Assembly (NCBI GenBank): GCA_965235115.1
Contig: OZ249436.1
Coordinates: 51,524,001 to 51,588,000 of the forward strand
DNA: 64,000 nucleotides
Source of the DNA: Laetmonice hystrix
Taxonomy: Eukaryota
Reading direction: 5' to 3'
The notes under the pieces are model-generated. The model was not told where the DNA came from. It ran no database searches and was given only the letters and a program-made list of their open reading frames with translations. A program made the position numbers and the translations under genes. Below are positions 1-12,900 of this stretch, in pieces (positions within the stretch are counted from its first letter, which is position 1; every line of letters begins with the position of its first letter).

Positions 1-97
1 CAATTAAACAATCACAAATATTTATGCAAGCGACTGTCCTTTCAATGGTGTTACATGTTCGTCCACTGGTCATCAATAACATCTCCATGTGGCACGA

Positions 98-3000
98 TCA
101 GGCCTTGGTTTTGGTGGTCCAAGCCAGTGAGTAAGTCACGAGGTGCCCATTGTCCCAGCCGAACAGGGTCCGCTCCCGCGGGTTGTAGTTGAGTGAAGAG
201 ATCTGACCAAACTTGCTTGTTACAGGCATACTCAAAAAGGTGTCGTCTTTGGTGCGCGTGTCGTAGACGTATTGGGCCAGGGGCATGCTGGGCTTGAGTC
301 GGTCTCCGCATGCCTCGATGGTGTACAACTTGCCTGTGTGAGCACACGACCGACAAATTATTTAATGGACTAAAAGTATATTTAAATAAGCCATTCTCTC
401 TCTCATTCTCTCTCTCATTCTCTCTCTCTATCTTTATCTGTTCCGCCCTCTCTCGCTTGCTCTCTATATCTCTCGCTCTCTTTCTCTCTCTATAACTTAC
501 CGCACACCATGAAGACTGCGCACACTGTATTTTTGTGTCGGTTGGTCCGAAAACTCTCCGTGAAGGTCAAGTCTTTAGGATTCACTTTGAATATGACCAG
601 CTTGTCACCATTGTCTGAAGTCGCCATGATGGCCCACAGTCCATACTCGTCAACCTGTCATTGGTTTACTTTGTTCAAATTGAGTCAAAGCAGCTAGTTA
701 TGCACATCCTACAGTTGAGGACAAATGTCGTAGTTTCACATGAATATAAAATGCTAAGATATTAGGTTGGTTTTCATTTAAAGAAAATACTGAGTGGGGC
801 GAAAGAGGCCAACATGAGAAGGGGGATTTTTCTATCCTTTAACAAAAACCAGAATTTAGAAGCGATCTATCTGGCGGTATTTTTTCACGGCGTTAATAAC
901 ACTGAGACATGAAGCTGGTAAAGCCGTCCTAATATTACTATGTTAATTCCTCAATAAAAGTTTAATACCTTGAAATCGACGTTTGTACGAAAATTCTGGC
1001 GGAGATAATCAATGTCGGACTTGGACACTACCCTACTCTGTCGTGTGTCCAGCTTGCGGTCCAGCCTGTAAAAATAACGGTTAAATACCGGTAGATAAAT
1101 TATGCATTTATTAATTTATTAATGTTATTGGAAATATTGGAGATCGAATTGTCGTTAACGGAGGGAAACATATACATCTGTTGATAGAATACTGGTAGAG
1201 AACAATAGTACACATTCCGGGCAATCAACCGATCCTCCCGTCAATTATAACTGAAGGACGGCGTTATTGTATTGCAATAATACTGTACTACTGCGGTTAA
1301 ATCTCTCTAAAATAAATTATGAATTTTCCACTGGTAGAATGTACAACCTAAAACTTACTTATATATATAATTTCCGTAGGACCAGTACCAGGAGTGGTCA
1401 TAGAGGATGTCGCCAATACCATAGGTGTACTCCATGTCATCGTATGCAGCAATCCTGCTTGCTATGAAATCGGAGTAGTTTTTGTATCTTTCGAGGTGCT
1501 GACCCTGACTGTATTTTAAATACGGGCGGAGGAAGATCTCCTGACGGTCTTCGTCGGTCTCAGGTATAGGATCTTTGTACCAGGTGCCAGCTGTAAACGC
1601 AAGCCACCATCTGTGGGCGACAGGTGAGCCAACAGAGGCCAGGTCGTGGGTATCACACCAATCTGTCAACGTGACAATCACAATAACCCTCCCTATATAT
1701 ATAATCAATTCAATTCATGCAAAACTATTCTCAATAAAGGCTATTATAATGAGCATGTAGGATAAGAGTCTTTTTAGCCCACCGCCCCTTCGGATTCAAA
1801 TTCACCCTCTGTCCGTACGTCCGTCCGGCCATACATCACGCCGACTGGAGCCAGCAATTTCTTAGAGGTGTACAGGTTAAATTGTATAAAACTTTACGTA
1901 ACGGTCAGGGACATCAAACAGATTTTTTCATATCATTTAAAATTGCCGCTCAGTGTCCATCTTGGGTGAGCAGTAACTCGGACAAAACTATCCAGATTTC
2001 TTTCGAAAAGAAGCATATGAAGGGCAACGTATGGTTATAATGTCTATGTATGCATAGTTTAGAACGAATATGGCGACATGGTGGCCATATTTAATTTTTG
2101 ACCCCCAAAATAACACTGTTTTAGCTCATATCTCGAAAATGGTGCAAGATAACACAATAATTACTCTTATTGACGGATGGGAAGTCATATATGTGAAGTT
2201 TCGTTTGGTGTTATTTTCCATGTGACTCTGACGGGGTCTTGCTTTAACAAATTAAAGAGCAGTACCATTTTTTGTGGAACTACAAGATAAGAAGTCTGGG
2301 TTTACCCGCATAGGAAAAGTTGAGTGGAAGTGTGTCTCCTTTGAAAGCGGACCACGTCAGATTTGCCTGACAGTTGGTAAGGCGGTTGCGCAATGCTTCC
2401 AACTAAAAAACAATGGCGAGAGATGCACATAAATATCTCAAATCCAAAATCCCCTGCGGTTTTTACTTTTAGTGTGCAGGTAAAAGTCCTACTCGACACA
2501 TAGACTTATTAATATTGCCTCCCTCCTCCAGTGTATCCAGAGTAGCTAACTTGCCTCCCGCTGCATTGCCTTGCCCTCGCCATACGGGTTGCGGTTCCAG
2601 AGGTCGTCAATGACGTCCACGAGCTGGTTGATCTCTGCCTTCAGTTCCTTCAGCTTGTCGCTATTGCCGGATTTCTGTACCTCGCCGACCAGTGTCACCA
2701 GGATGTCGGCACTCTTCCTCAGGCCTGCAAATCAACACAGGGCACCGTCAGCATTTCTTTAGTCCATCGCAAATTTTAAAGGCATTGAGCCCCTAGCAAG
2801 CATGGGCCTAGTGTTACTTTCTGCCATTTCAAACAGGCCGTTTTAGTCCAGAAAGAAGGGAGAGCTTCCAATGTTCAATTCAGCCTTTTCAATTGGTTAT
2901 GATCATTTTAGGGTCCCCTGAAAACACATTAACATTTATCTAAGGGGCTAAGCTCTCTGACCTTTATGGCGTTCATATATAGTGCATCAGCTCAGAGAGA

Positions 3001-3780
3001 ATTGTTTGAACTGTAAATGAGAACTCACTGATCAACTCGCGCATGGAGACACTGATAGACTCGGAGTCCACCCGCTGTACCAGGGCCTTCATACGTTCAG
3101 TGATGTTACGCATGTCCTCCATCAGCTGTGGCACGTCCAACGCTTCCATGGCAGTGCCCATGTCGGACACCTGTTCCCGGACTACCTGCAGCTCCAGGTA
3201 CTCCTGGTACTTGGTCCAAGTCCCGTTGATGACACACTCACATTTTCCATTCCGTCGGCAACCTGACGCCTAGAAGTTTATCCAGGGCAACAATAAAGTA
3301 GGCGCAATCATCTTTCCGAAATTAATTTGAAATGGATTTTTTTTTTCTGTTCGTGCATTATCGTAGCCTTGGTCTTAAAATCGTCGTTAATATTCCCAAC
3401 TCCGCGGGCGCAGTTCGAGGAAGGCCAGGGGTCCGGGCTGATGTTTCATGTTTGTAATATTTCTGTACTTTCTCATCTGCTAACCTTGCTTCTTTAAATC
3501 ATTTGTTATGTCCCTTTTTTAAATTATTGCTGTTGCTTTGTAAAAATAATCGCTTTTGGACTTCCCTAAACAAAATCCTAGATCCGCCTCTGGACGATAG
3601 GCTACATCCTTCATACGTTATGAACTCTATGCAGGCTAGGCTACACGAAATTAAAGGGCAAATCTTGCCAAAAACTAATCTTGTTCCACCTACCTCGATA
3701 GTCGGGTCTACATAAGTATACCCGGCTGCGCACGCTGCACTGAACAGTGCAAACAGGAGAACTCCAACCGTAGAATGCAT
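98..3780 (-). CDS. Secreted olfactomedin-domain protein (noelin/OLFML-like), ~461 aa, 8 exons
   Basis: Exons 3780-3694, 3269-3029, 2724-2555, 2402-2306, 1662-1359, 1065-969, 654-501, 333-98 join in phase (1386 nt). Signal peptide MHSTVGVLLFALFSAACAA, N-terminal CxC (GKCECVI), coiled coil ending LEALRNRLTNC, and OLF motifs GTWYKDP, VDEYGLWAI, FMVCGKLY, SSLNYNPRERTLFGWDNGHLVTY. Confidence 0.9.
391..492. repeat. (CT)n-rich microsatellite in last olfactomedin intron
   Basis: Imperfect ctctctctc runs visible directly. Confidence 0.85.
1770..2240. mobile_element. Probable Helentron/HINE (DINE-1-like) non-autonomous element remnant
   Basis: Starts tttttagcccacc followed by a gtccgtacgtccgtcc microsatellite, a layout typical of invertebrate HINE-like elements. 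Right boundary approximate. Confidence 0.45.
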
Positions 3781-6117
3781 TCTCTCCTTCCTGCATGAAC
3801 AGCGTGAAAAGCAGTCTAAGTTTATCCCTTCATACTGTTATACCCATTATTACAGCCCGTAATCTAAAATTTCAAATAAACTGGTTTAATTTAAACTTAA
3901 GCCGGGACTCCGAGTCATAAACATGAGATGTAAAGATGAGTCTTTTGATAAAATAAGGGCCAATGTAGCTTACTTTACAGAAAGAACTAGAACAGATGGC
4001 CCAGCACCGCACGCCTACCGTGAGAGATCGCCGAACCCTTGTAGTTTGGCCAGCCGAAGTAAGGCGAGTACTCCTTAACTGTGTGCTCAGTGGTCAGACT
4101 GGCACCAAGGTACCAAACAGGGACCAACCAGCCACCTAGGCGTGTGGGTCGGGTGAGGGAGGGAGGGGCGGAGCGACGGAGGTAGCAACGTCCTTGGAGC
4201 ACAACATTGCTCTGTTAACTTGATCAGATAGGCAGGTGTCCGTCAAGGGGCGTTAAATGTTTAAACATTTGGTCCTTATCAACATTCTCAACGATCCTTT
4301 TGTCACCTATCGCCAACTCGTGGTCAACAGATAAAAGATTAAATGCTAGAAAAATGGACACGTAGAGACACGTTATGCTTTAGTACGCGAGTAATGTCCA
4401 TTTTTTCAAGAGAAACAAGTCGATATTAGTAATGACGACAGGCCCAAATGGCCTTATCTTTTAGTGTCACAAATTTTGTATTTTATTACACGTTAAGACG
4501 TACCTCTAGTTATTATAATTATTATAAATGTCTTAAACACTTCATGAAACAGGTCATCTACCGTTATCAAAGGGTCCTTTACATGGCTGATTACACAGAG
4601 GAGGGTGTGGCGGGGTGGGGTTCCAAGTGAAGAAATTCATACTAAGAAGACTGGATGAGACTGTGCAACGTTTATTTTTTTTACAGAGAACAGGAAAACA
4701 TTACGTTGATCGGGAACAGTCATGCCAGGCAGGATGTTGTGAATCACACTGGACGTATATGGGTATTCACATTATACCGAGAAATAGTCCAATTCACTAG
4801 CAATGGCTAGGCTAACTTCCCCTCTGTAAACCACAAGACAGGCGTCTCCAAAATTAAATATATAAAAATAATATCTTATCCCAGTCGTTGATGCACCTCT
4901 TATGCCAATGTTTAGACCTCAGTAGGAGTTGATTCATGTACATTGTACCTACTGTCGGTATTATAATAAATTGATACCCTCTGCACCATGCACACTTTTA
5001 TACATCTACTGATATTTATATTCACAATTCACGCACTCTTCACTGTATTAATTACAGTCATTAATTCATACAATATTAAGTCTATCTGTAATATATATTA
5101 CAAATTAACTTAACCGGGGTTTCTATGAATATACATTGTATACATATTATATATTCAAGCAATACACAGCCTTTATCAATCTCTGGTCCTTTAATTGCAT
5201 ATTATTCAATCGCTTGCCACAGAAGTTTCTTTTCTACTCGTTTTTTTTTCCTTTCGTGTTTTCCTTAAGTGTTAACCACTACCTTAACAACTTCTTTCAC
5301 TATGGAACTTAACTACTTGTAACTCTATTAAAGTCAAGACCCACGTTTTTTGTTGTTGCCAAAAGCTTTTGACAGTCTCTCAAATCGCGGGAGTTAAGGG
5401 GCATGTCTACAACACTTCCTGTTGCGGAAGAGTCCCTGCTCTTAAACAACTCTTTGATATCTGCTACGACAGGTTAAGATCTGTGGACAAAGATCGTCAA
5501 AAACAAAATACGATAGCCTGACCGCTTTCTTTGTCACAGTCCTATTCTGTTAGCCTCAGTAATATGCTGAGGAAAAAGGTATAAATCTACCTCTCCGTTC
5601 TAAAGGTTCAGGAGAGTAGCAAGGGGGTCATGTTAATTCTTGCTTTTCTGTTAAACCTGCCTTTCCACGTACCGGTAATATTGCACCGTCCCATCTACCG
5701 GTACCACACGTACATCGTAAAACTATGTACATCTCGAATAGCGCTTGTTCTATCCAATCGGAATAACTTACAAGATTGAAATTAACATGTTGTACCCTAG
5801 TGACATTGTTCTTTCCCATACCGAATGTACACCCTCAGAATTTTGTATAGGTTGTCGTTACATATTTTATCTCAATCTCACATATTATTATACAAAGTGT
5901 GACAAGTGAATTTACAACTCAAATTACTGTCAAACCCTCTCCTTTGATATCGGATGATTGCGAATATGAAAGCGTTTTCCACACTCCATGCAGCCATTAT
6001 TACATAAAGCGCGGCTGTTCACAGCTGTCTGTCGCTAATGTGTTTTCAGTATTTTCCTGTACCATCTTCAAAGACTCATGGACTGTCCGAATCTCCTGAA
6101 GCTGAAGCTGAAGCTGA

Positions 6118-7220
6118 AGTCATCAGTCGGGTACCCCACTAGTACTCCCAAGTCATCAGCCACGTACCCCACAAGTACTCCCAAGTCATCAGCCACGTAC
6201 CCCACTAGTACTCCCAAGTCATCAGCCACGTACCCCACTAGTACTCCCAAGTCATCAGCCGGGTACCCCACTAGTACTCCCAAGTCATCAGCCACGTACC
6301 CCACTAGTACTCCCAAGTCATCAGCCGGGTACCCCACTAGTGCTCCCAAGTCATCAGCCGGGTACCCCACTAGTACTCCCAAGTCATCAGCCACGTACCC
6401 CACTAGTGCTCCCAAGTCATCAGTCGGGTACCCCACTAGTACTCCCAAGTCATCAGCCACGTACCCCACTAGTACTCCCAAGTCATCAGCCGGGTACCCC
6501 ACTAGGCCTCCTAATTCATCAGCCGGGTACCCCACTAGTACTCCCAAGTCATCAGCCGGGTATCCCACTAGGACTCCTAATTCATCAGCCGGGTACCCCA
6601 CTAGTATTCCCAAGTCATCAGCCGGGTACCCCACTAGTACTCCCAAGTCATCAGCCGGGTACCCCACTAGTACTCCCAAGTCATCAGCCGGGTACCCCAC
6701 TAGTATTCCCAAGTCATCAGCCACGTACCCCACTAGTACTCCCAAGTCATCAGTCGGGTACCCCACTAGGACTCCTAATTCATCAGCCACGTACCCCACT
6801 AGTACTCCCAAGTCATCAGCCGGGTACCCCACTAGTACTCCCAAGTCATCAGCCGGGTACCCCACTAGTATTCCCAAGTCATCAGCCACGTACCCCACTA
6901 GTACTCCCAAGTCATCAGTCGGGTACCCCACTAGGACTCCTAATTCATCAGCCGGGTACCCCACTAGTACTCCCAAGACATCAGCCACGTACCCCACTAG
7001 TACTCCCAAGTCATCAGCCGGGTACCCCACTAGTACTCCCAAGTCATCAGCCACGTACCCCACTACTCCCAAGTCATCAGCCAGGTACCCCACAAGTACT
7101 CCCAAGTCATCAGCCGGGTACCCCACAGTACTCCCAAGTCATCAGTCGGGTACCCCACTAGTACTCCCAAGTCATCAGCCACGTACCCCACTAGTACTCC
7201 CAAGTCATCAGACGGGTATC
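6118..7220. repeat. 33-bp minisatellite, ~33 copies (unit ccaagtcatcagccgggtaccccactagtactc)
   Basis: Direct tandem array. The unit is a multiple of 3 and stop-free in several frames, which explains ORFs 6078-7325, 6068-7126 and 6340-7161. Confidence 0.97.
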
Positions 7221-9099
7221 CGTCATGTAATCCATGCCCTCCGACACACACGCCTATCTAATCTTAAAACACTCGATATCAAATTGAGAAGTAATTTCTT
7301 TATCATTTACCTTCCCCTTTTATGATATGTGCATACGCACCGTGTAAAGACTTCCATGTTGACCGTTCATGGTCTAGAATGGTTGAACATTGTTTAAAGT
7401 CTGAATAGTTCTATGGCAGCACAGTAAGCTGTAGACATAAGTTGGCCATCCATTATTATTTACAGGTGAGCCAGTAGATATATACAGAATACAGAAAAGC
7501 ATAATGGCTGCCGTTTCTGACTGAACTATACATGTTTTTATGTGATATTCATCAACCTAGTCTAACCTCGCTTTGCCCTCCTTCATGTCTGTGAAAACTC
7601 TTAGCTCATAATATCCTAATTATTTCTTTATGTTACAACAATACAATAACGATTACTGGCACGTTTTGGGTAATTCTACCGTTTCAAATTGTAACTGTGT
7701 CTTCATTCATCACCATATAAACTACTGTACTGTAACCTAAGTGCAACTAGATTCTGCTTGAGTACTTTTATATTTTTAAAGGCCTAACCATGAAAAGATT
7801 GGCATATTAGAAATCTCAGATAAAACACTTTTTCATTTGACCTTTCAGATGGGTGGCTGCTTCGTCCTACCAACTGGCCCCTTCAAGGCTTAACTAACAT
7901 CTCAGAGGCATTTCTTTCAGTTTGATTACACAGCCCTCCCTAATCCTAATCCTAAGCCCATCCTAAGTATAAGCCCCCCACCCCAATATGATTAGATTGT
8001 CAACGCCTATTTCAAAACGCAGCTCGAAATTCCTATTTTGTTACCGCATATTTATTTAGACAATTATCTCATTATCCAGCTAAGTCTTTTCGTGGATTTC
8101 TGGTCGCTATGTATCTGAGTTTCTACGAATATGAACAAATGTAACATGTTACAAAATTAAATGTTCAATTTGCAAGTACACATGTACATTTATAACAGTC
8201 TCAATATATTTCTGAAACCTAATTCACTGTTTTCAAACTTTGTTTACTATTCGTGGGAGTTGCCATAATTATTATGTCTTGCATGTGTGTTGATAAAACT
8301 TCTAGCCTTAACTACATTTCTTTGGGGATGACACACACGTTCAGCAAAACTTCTGTACAGTTTTGGGCCCCCTTTCTTGGTTTTTCAAACCAGACAGCCA
8401 CCTTGTTGTGTGAAGAAAAGTCACTCTGGTAAATTGTGACCGCATTCCCTCGGCATGTGATGTTCAAGTTCACGTCCTATCAAAATATCTGACCTTGACT
8501 GTGACCTTCAAACCTTGGGTAGATATCCTTCGTTAGAGTTCTAGGTCATTTGTCAGACTCCCTTCTAAAATTGAAAAGCTTTCAAATTTGAAAAAGAATA
8601 TAAGTGTTCGACAAGTGCTCAAAGTCTGTCTTTAAATGTTCAATTAACTGTTCCGAGGATGATTTGGTATGTCCTTCTTTATGTATGTATGTATCCATGG
8701 GTGTATGTATCTATGTAACCTTTATTTCAGACCCATCTTGTGGTCAATACAAAATGTTCCATACGACTTGATCAAGTTTTTTCCCCAAATTAATGAACTC
8801 CTCTGAGTTTCTGCCACAGTCCCGACGTCCCACTGTATCCGCTGTGTGACCTCTCCCGCGACCACACGTGATCTTGTACACACGAGCTATGGTCGAGTCA
8901 GTGTATCACGAGGCTCAGTTAACTTGGAGTATTCTATCACCAATGGACTAGCCCTCTCACTACCCTGCCCTGTTCCTGCCCTAACCCGCCCTACCAAACG
9001 TTTCCCCCACCCAGCCCAATCATCGACCTTTTCCAGTTCATTCAGTATTCCTAGCAGGCCTGTAGACTTCATGAGTTGTTTCATTTCCGTTTTCGACAA

Positions 9100-9905
9100 A
9101 CTGCACAGCTGGCATGGCCCAGCTGACAATCAGTCATCAGCTCGTGGAGCTCAGAATAGGCCCCTCGGTGGGTCATAGTCAGTACAGGTTAATACCTCTG
9201 GATGTGTTCAGCTGGCATGGCCCAGCTGACAATCAGTCATCGGCTCGTGCAGCGAGGGCCTCTCAGAGGGTCATCATCAACACTGGGCAACATCTGTGGA
9301 AAGAGTTACTCATTGAAGTGTGCGGCTGGCATGGCCCACCTGACAATCAGTCATCAGATCGTGCAGCTCTGGGCAGGCCCCAGAAACAGTTACCGGGGGT
9401 ACTCATTGAAGTGTACAGCTTGCATGGCCCACTTGACAATCAGTCATCAGATCGTGCAGCTCTGGGCAGGCCCCAGAAACAGTTACTCATTGAAGTGTGC
9501 AGCTTGCATGGCCAACCTGACAATCAGTCATCAGCTCGTGCAGCTCCGGGCAGGCCCCAGAAACAGTTACTCATTGAAGTGTGCGGCTGGCATGGTCCAC
9601 TTGACAATCAGTCATCAGATCGTGCAGCTCTGGGCAGGCCCCGGAAACAGTTACTCATTGAAGTGTGCAGCTGGCATGGCCCAGCTGACAATCAGTCATC
9701 AGATCGTGCAGCTCTGGGCAGGCCCCGGAAACAGAATACTCATTGAAGTGTGTAGTTGGCATGATCCACTTGACAATCAGTCATTTGTTCGTACAGCTTG
9801 CATGGCCCAGCTGACAATCAGTCATCAGATCGTGCAGCTCGGAGCAGTCCCCTCAGTGGGTCATCATCAGCACTGGTCAAGACCTCAGGAAAGAGCTCCT
9901 CGATG
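9100..9905 (-). repeat. 84-bp-based tandem repeat derived from the SNX14 last exon/stop codon
   Basis: Motif gacaatcagtcat at 9125, 9228, 9342, 9435, 9519, 9603, 9687, 9772, 9813. The 9813 copy contains the SNX14 stop. Confidence 0.92.
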
Positions 9906-12900
9906 ACATGGTCAAACAACATGTAAGACAGCTGAAATGACAGCAAAACAATACTTATTGTACTTTGTTATGGACAGGGCACAATATGTACTGAACCTGA
10001 ATACATAAACCTTTCACCAAAAAGGTTTTATCATGATATCAAGGTTAACGTTACTTTTATTAGGTTATCCTACAACAAAAGCCATGCAATAAACAGACCT
10101 GTTTATTCAGTTTCGGGTACTGAAGGAGTTCAAAGATTAACTCTGTACCAGCAACGTGTTTTTCTGGTCCTATGGCTTGGACAAACAACTCTGAAAACAT
10201 ACATCGTTTATTTTGTACGACTATGTGAATAACATGAAACTGTGCATAATGTCTTTGCTAATTAAAATTAACTTACATTACCAACAGTGTTTACATTTTA
10301 TCTTATATTCGTAAGTCCCTACGTTGTGATATGCTAAGAGCTTTTGAAATGGTATTGAATTTTTTCAAGCTATTATTAGTATTACTGTCTAGGGTAGTTT
10401 CTTTTACTCTCTCGGCAGTTTACTCCTATGGGCATTTCATTAATAACACCTTCGCATCTTATTAATAATACCATAGCACCTACTTGGTATGAAGTCTTTC
10501 AATTCATGTAGTGCCTTATTCCTTCTATGTCTCTTTTGCTCATCAGTTCTGAAATGGAAATGTATTCAAAAATGATTTATCAAAAGATCTCTGAAAAATG
10601 CTTCTATTTTATTTATTCTTTGGCATTTACTTAGGTGTCAGTCAGAATTTGGCTATCAAGTCAAAAGACAAAGCTTGGTTTTCGAATCTGACATTTTTTT
10701 AACGTCAACAATGTACCAATATCTCAACAGTTTAACAGGAAAATAATGGAATGCAGTTTTACCTTGGTGGATCAGTGTCAAAGAATAGTACGTCTGAAAA
10801 CAACCAAAATAGAAATGTTTACCACAGAAGAAACAAGACTCCGTGGAGAACGTATATCAACAGATGGCGCTAGTGTTACTGTGTTATGGCTGCATGCTAG
10901 CAGATTGACAGCCACTGATGCTAAACAAACACACCTGCCGAAAAAAAAGGCTGAGCTCTTTAAGTTTAAAACCCCATAGGCTTCAAACTGATACATTTTC
11001 CAATGTTACAAACGATGTTATGACAAGCGTTTAATGCTTAAAAGTGCAGTTAGACTGGTGGCTCCGACTGTGGGTGTTGGTCCCCATTCATTTCAGTATT
11101 TTCATTATCTGGTATGCAAGCGTGAATCATTCAGATTCAGGATGCTGAAGATCTAATAATCTATGGGACAGACACTGAGACACAGCTAGAATTTAACATA
11201 CAGACAGACACTGAGACATGGTTAGAATTTAACAAACATAAAATATAGGATATGGTCGCTGTGTTCATACAAGCATCAGTGGACAGAGTCCTTATATTTT
11301 TAATAAGTTTATTCTAACCATATACATGTCCACACTGGACAAGTCCACACTGGACTGGCCTTCACACTTGCCTTCATAATTTCTATCTATGACAACCTCA
11401 CTCACCCACAGGACTAGTGACTATTCATTTTACACCCTAGAAAATTCTACTACTCCCAACATAATTCCCTATACTATCTTAATCCCAAGTCAAACTTGAC
11501 TTCTGTAAAGAGTTTGGTCCTACCTCTCAGAAGATGAATGACTCGTTCGATTCTGTGCTCCTGGGTAACACGGTCTATCCTCGTCCCAAGGTACCAGTCA
11601 GCCAATGTGTCAACAGAATTTCGTATCAAGATACGCAAGGAAAGCATCATATGGAGCAGCCACTGGGGTGTCCGATATACATGCTCGGCTGTGGAAGAAA
11701 ATCAACATTTGGCCATCACCAACGGTTCAAATAAATATCTAGTTAAAACTCAAACTTTTTAGTTATGTAGAATGGACTACATATGTCTGAGCCTCACTTA
11801 AAGAGAGGCACAATAAATTTAAAACGTAACCAATAGTTTAAGGGGCTTGCAGTTATGACAGAGAAAACTAAGAAAAAAGGCCAGAGTTTCCTTAAGAAAA
11901 TATAATTCCATACCTAAGGTGGGTGTGACTATATCTCGACAGCTCTAATACTAACCCAGGTACAGAAGTGTGTCGCATGTCCCATCCACAGGGTATTCAA
12001 ATCCTGGACACAACACGACAGGTGTGGCCGGCGACAGATCAAACTCTACATCAGCATTGTTCTCAAACAAGACGTTCGCCATCTGCAATCATCAACCAGC
12101 TCTGCCTTAACTACTACTTACATTGTCTGGTGACAAAGGGATCAAATTTTAATTTCAATTAAATACATTTAAATTAACGCAATGATCAAGAAAGTGTTTC
12201 TGTTTAAAGGGAAAACTTTGACCAAATATTTTTTACCTGTTCACTTGATATGGAGATGGTATCTGCATCCACTTCAACTCTGTCAAATGTAAAGGAGACA
12301 AGTATGTTTTATAAGTCATTGCTAAATTACAGTCATATATGTAGCATTTTTTGTAAGAATCATTCTGCACTAGGGTTAGGGCCCCTCTGGATCTTATATT
12401 AGGCCCTGATATCTGCAGTACTGTACATATAAAGAATATAAGTATGACCTTTTTTAGAGTACAAGAAATCAATTATAAAACCTTCACTCTCAAGTTTTTC
12501 CCTCATACAAGATTTCCCAGAGAATACCACTGGTATTAGTGGAATACCACTTTTAGCTGCCACAGTGCTTAGGTCTGACACTTGAACTCTCAATTTCAAA
12601 CTTCCCATGATCTCCAGACGAGTAAGTGGACAAACCTTGGTTTGGGTTTGGAAGATTCTGTGGACGCAAGCAGTGACTGGAGGAATGTCTCGAGGTGTTG
12701 ACCACGCTGAAGTGACAACAGTAACGTGTAAAGTTAGTGCACAGACCTCCACCTCATGCACAGATAACCCTTCACCAAAATTTAAAATCTCACTATCATG
12801 GTACTTAATCGAACAAGTAATGGGCTCATAACTTACCTCCTTGACTAGCTTCATAGCACCAGACTTCACAAATTTTCCTAGAGATCAAAAGTATTTTATC

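Noticed and set aside
3985..4260. 7SK snRNA gene call
   Set aside because: Only one short motif resembles 7SK; no GATC-GATC 5' stem and no oligo-T terminator are visible.
6118..7220. CRISPR-like array
   Set aside because: Units are contiguous with no unique spacers, the context is eukaryotic, and there are no cas genes.
7936..7970. Interstitial telomeric repeat (cctaat/cctaag)
   Set aside because: Only about four degenerate units, consistent with a common TE-internal motif.
8522..8531. U12-type donor-like ATATCCTT
   Set aside because: Not at any exon boundary; all assembled introns are U2-type GT-AG or GC-AG.
9114..9906. Plus-strand ORFs of 210 and 234 aa as independent genes
   Set aside because: Antisense readings of the SNX14-derived repeat, with no splice or domain support.
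12399..12869. 156-aa ORF
   Set aside because: Chance read-through from an SNX14 exon into intron; the next real exon (12706-12636) is in another frame.
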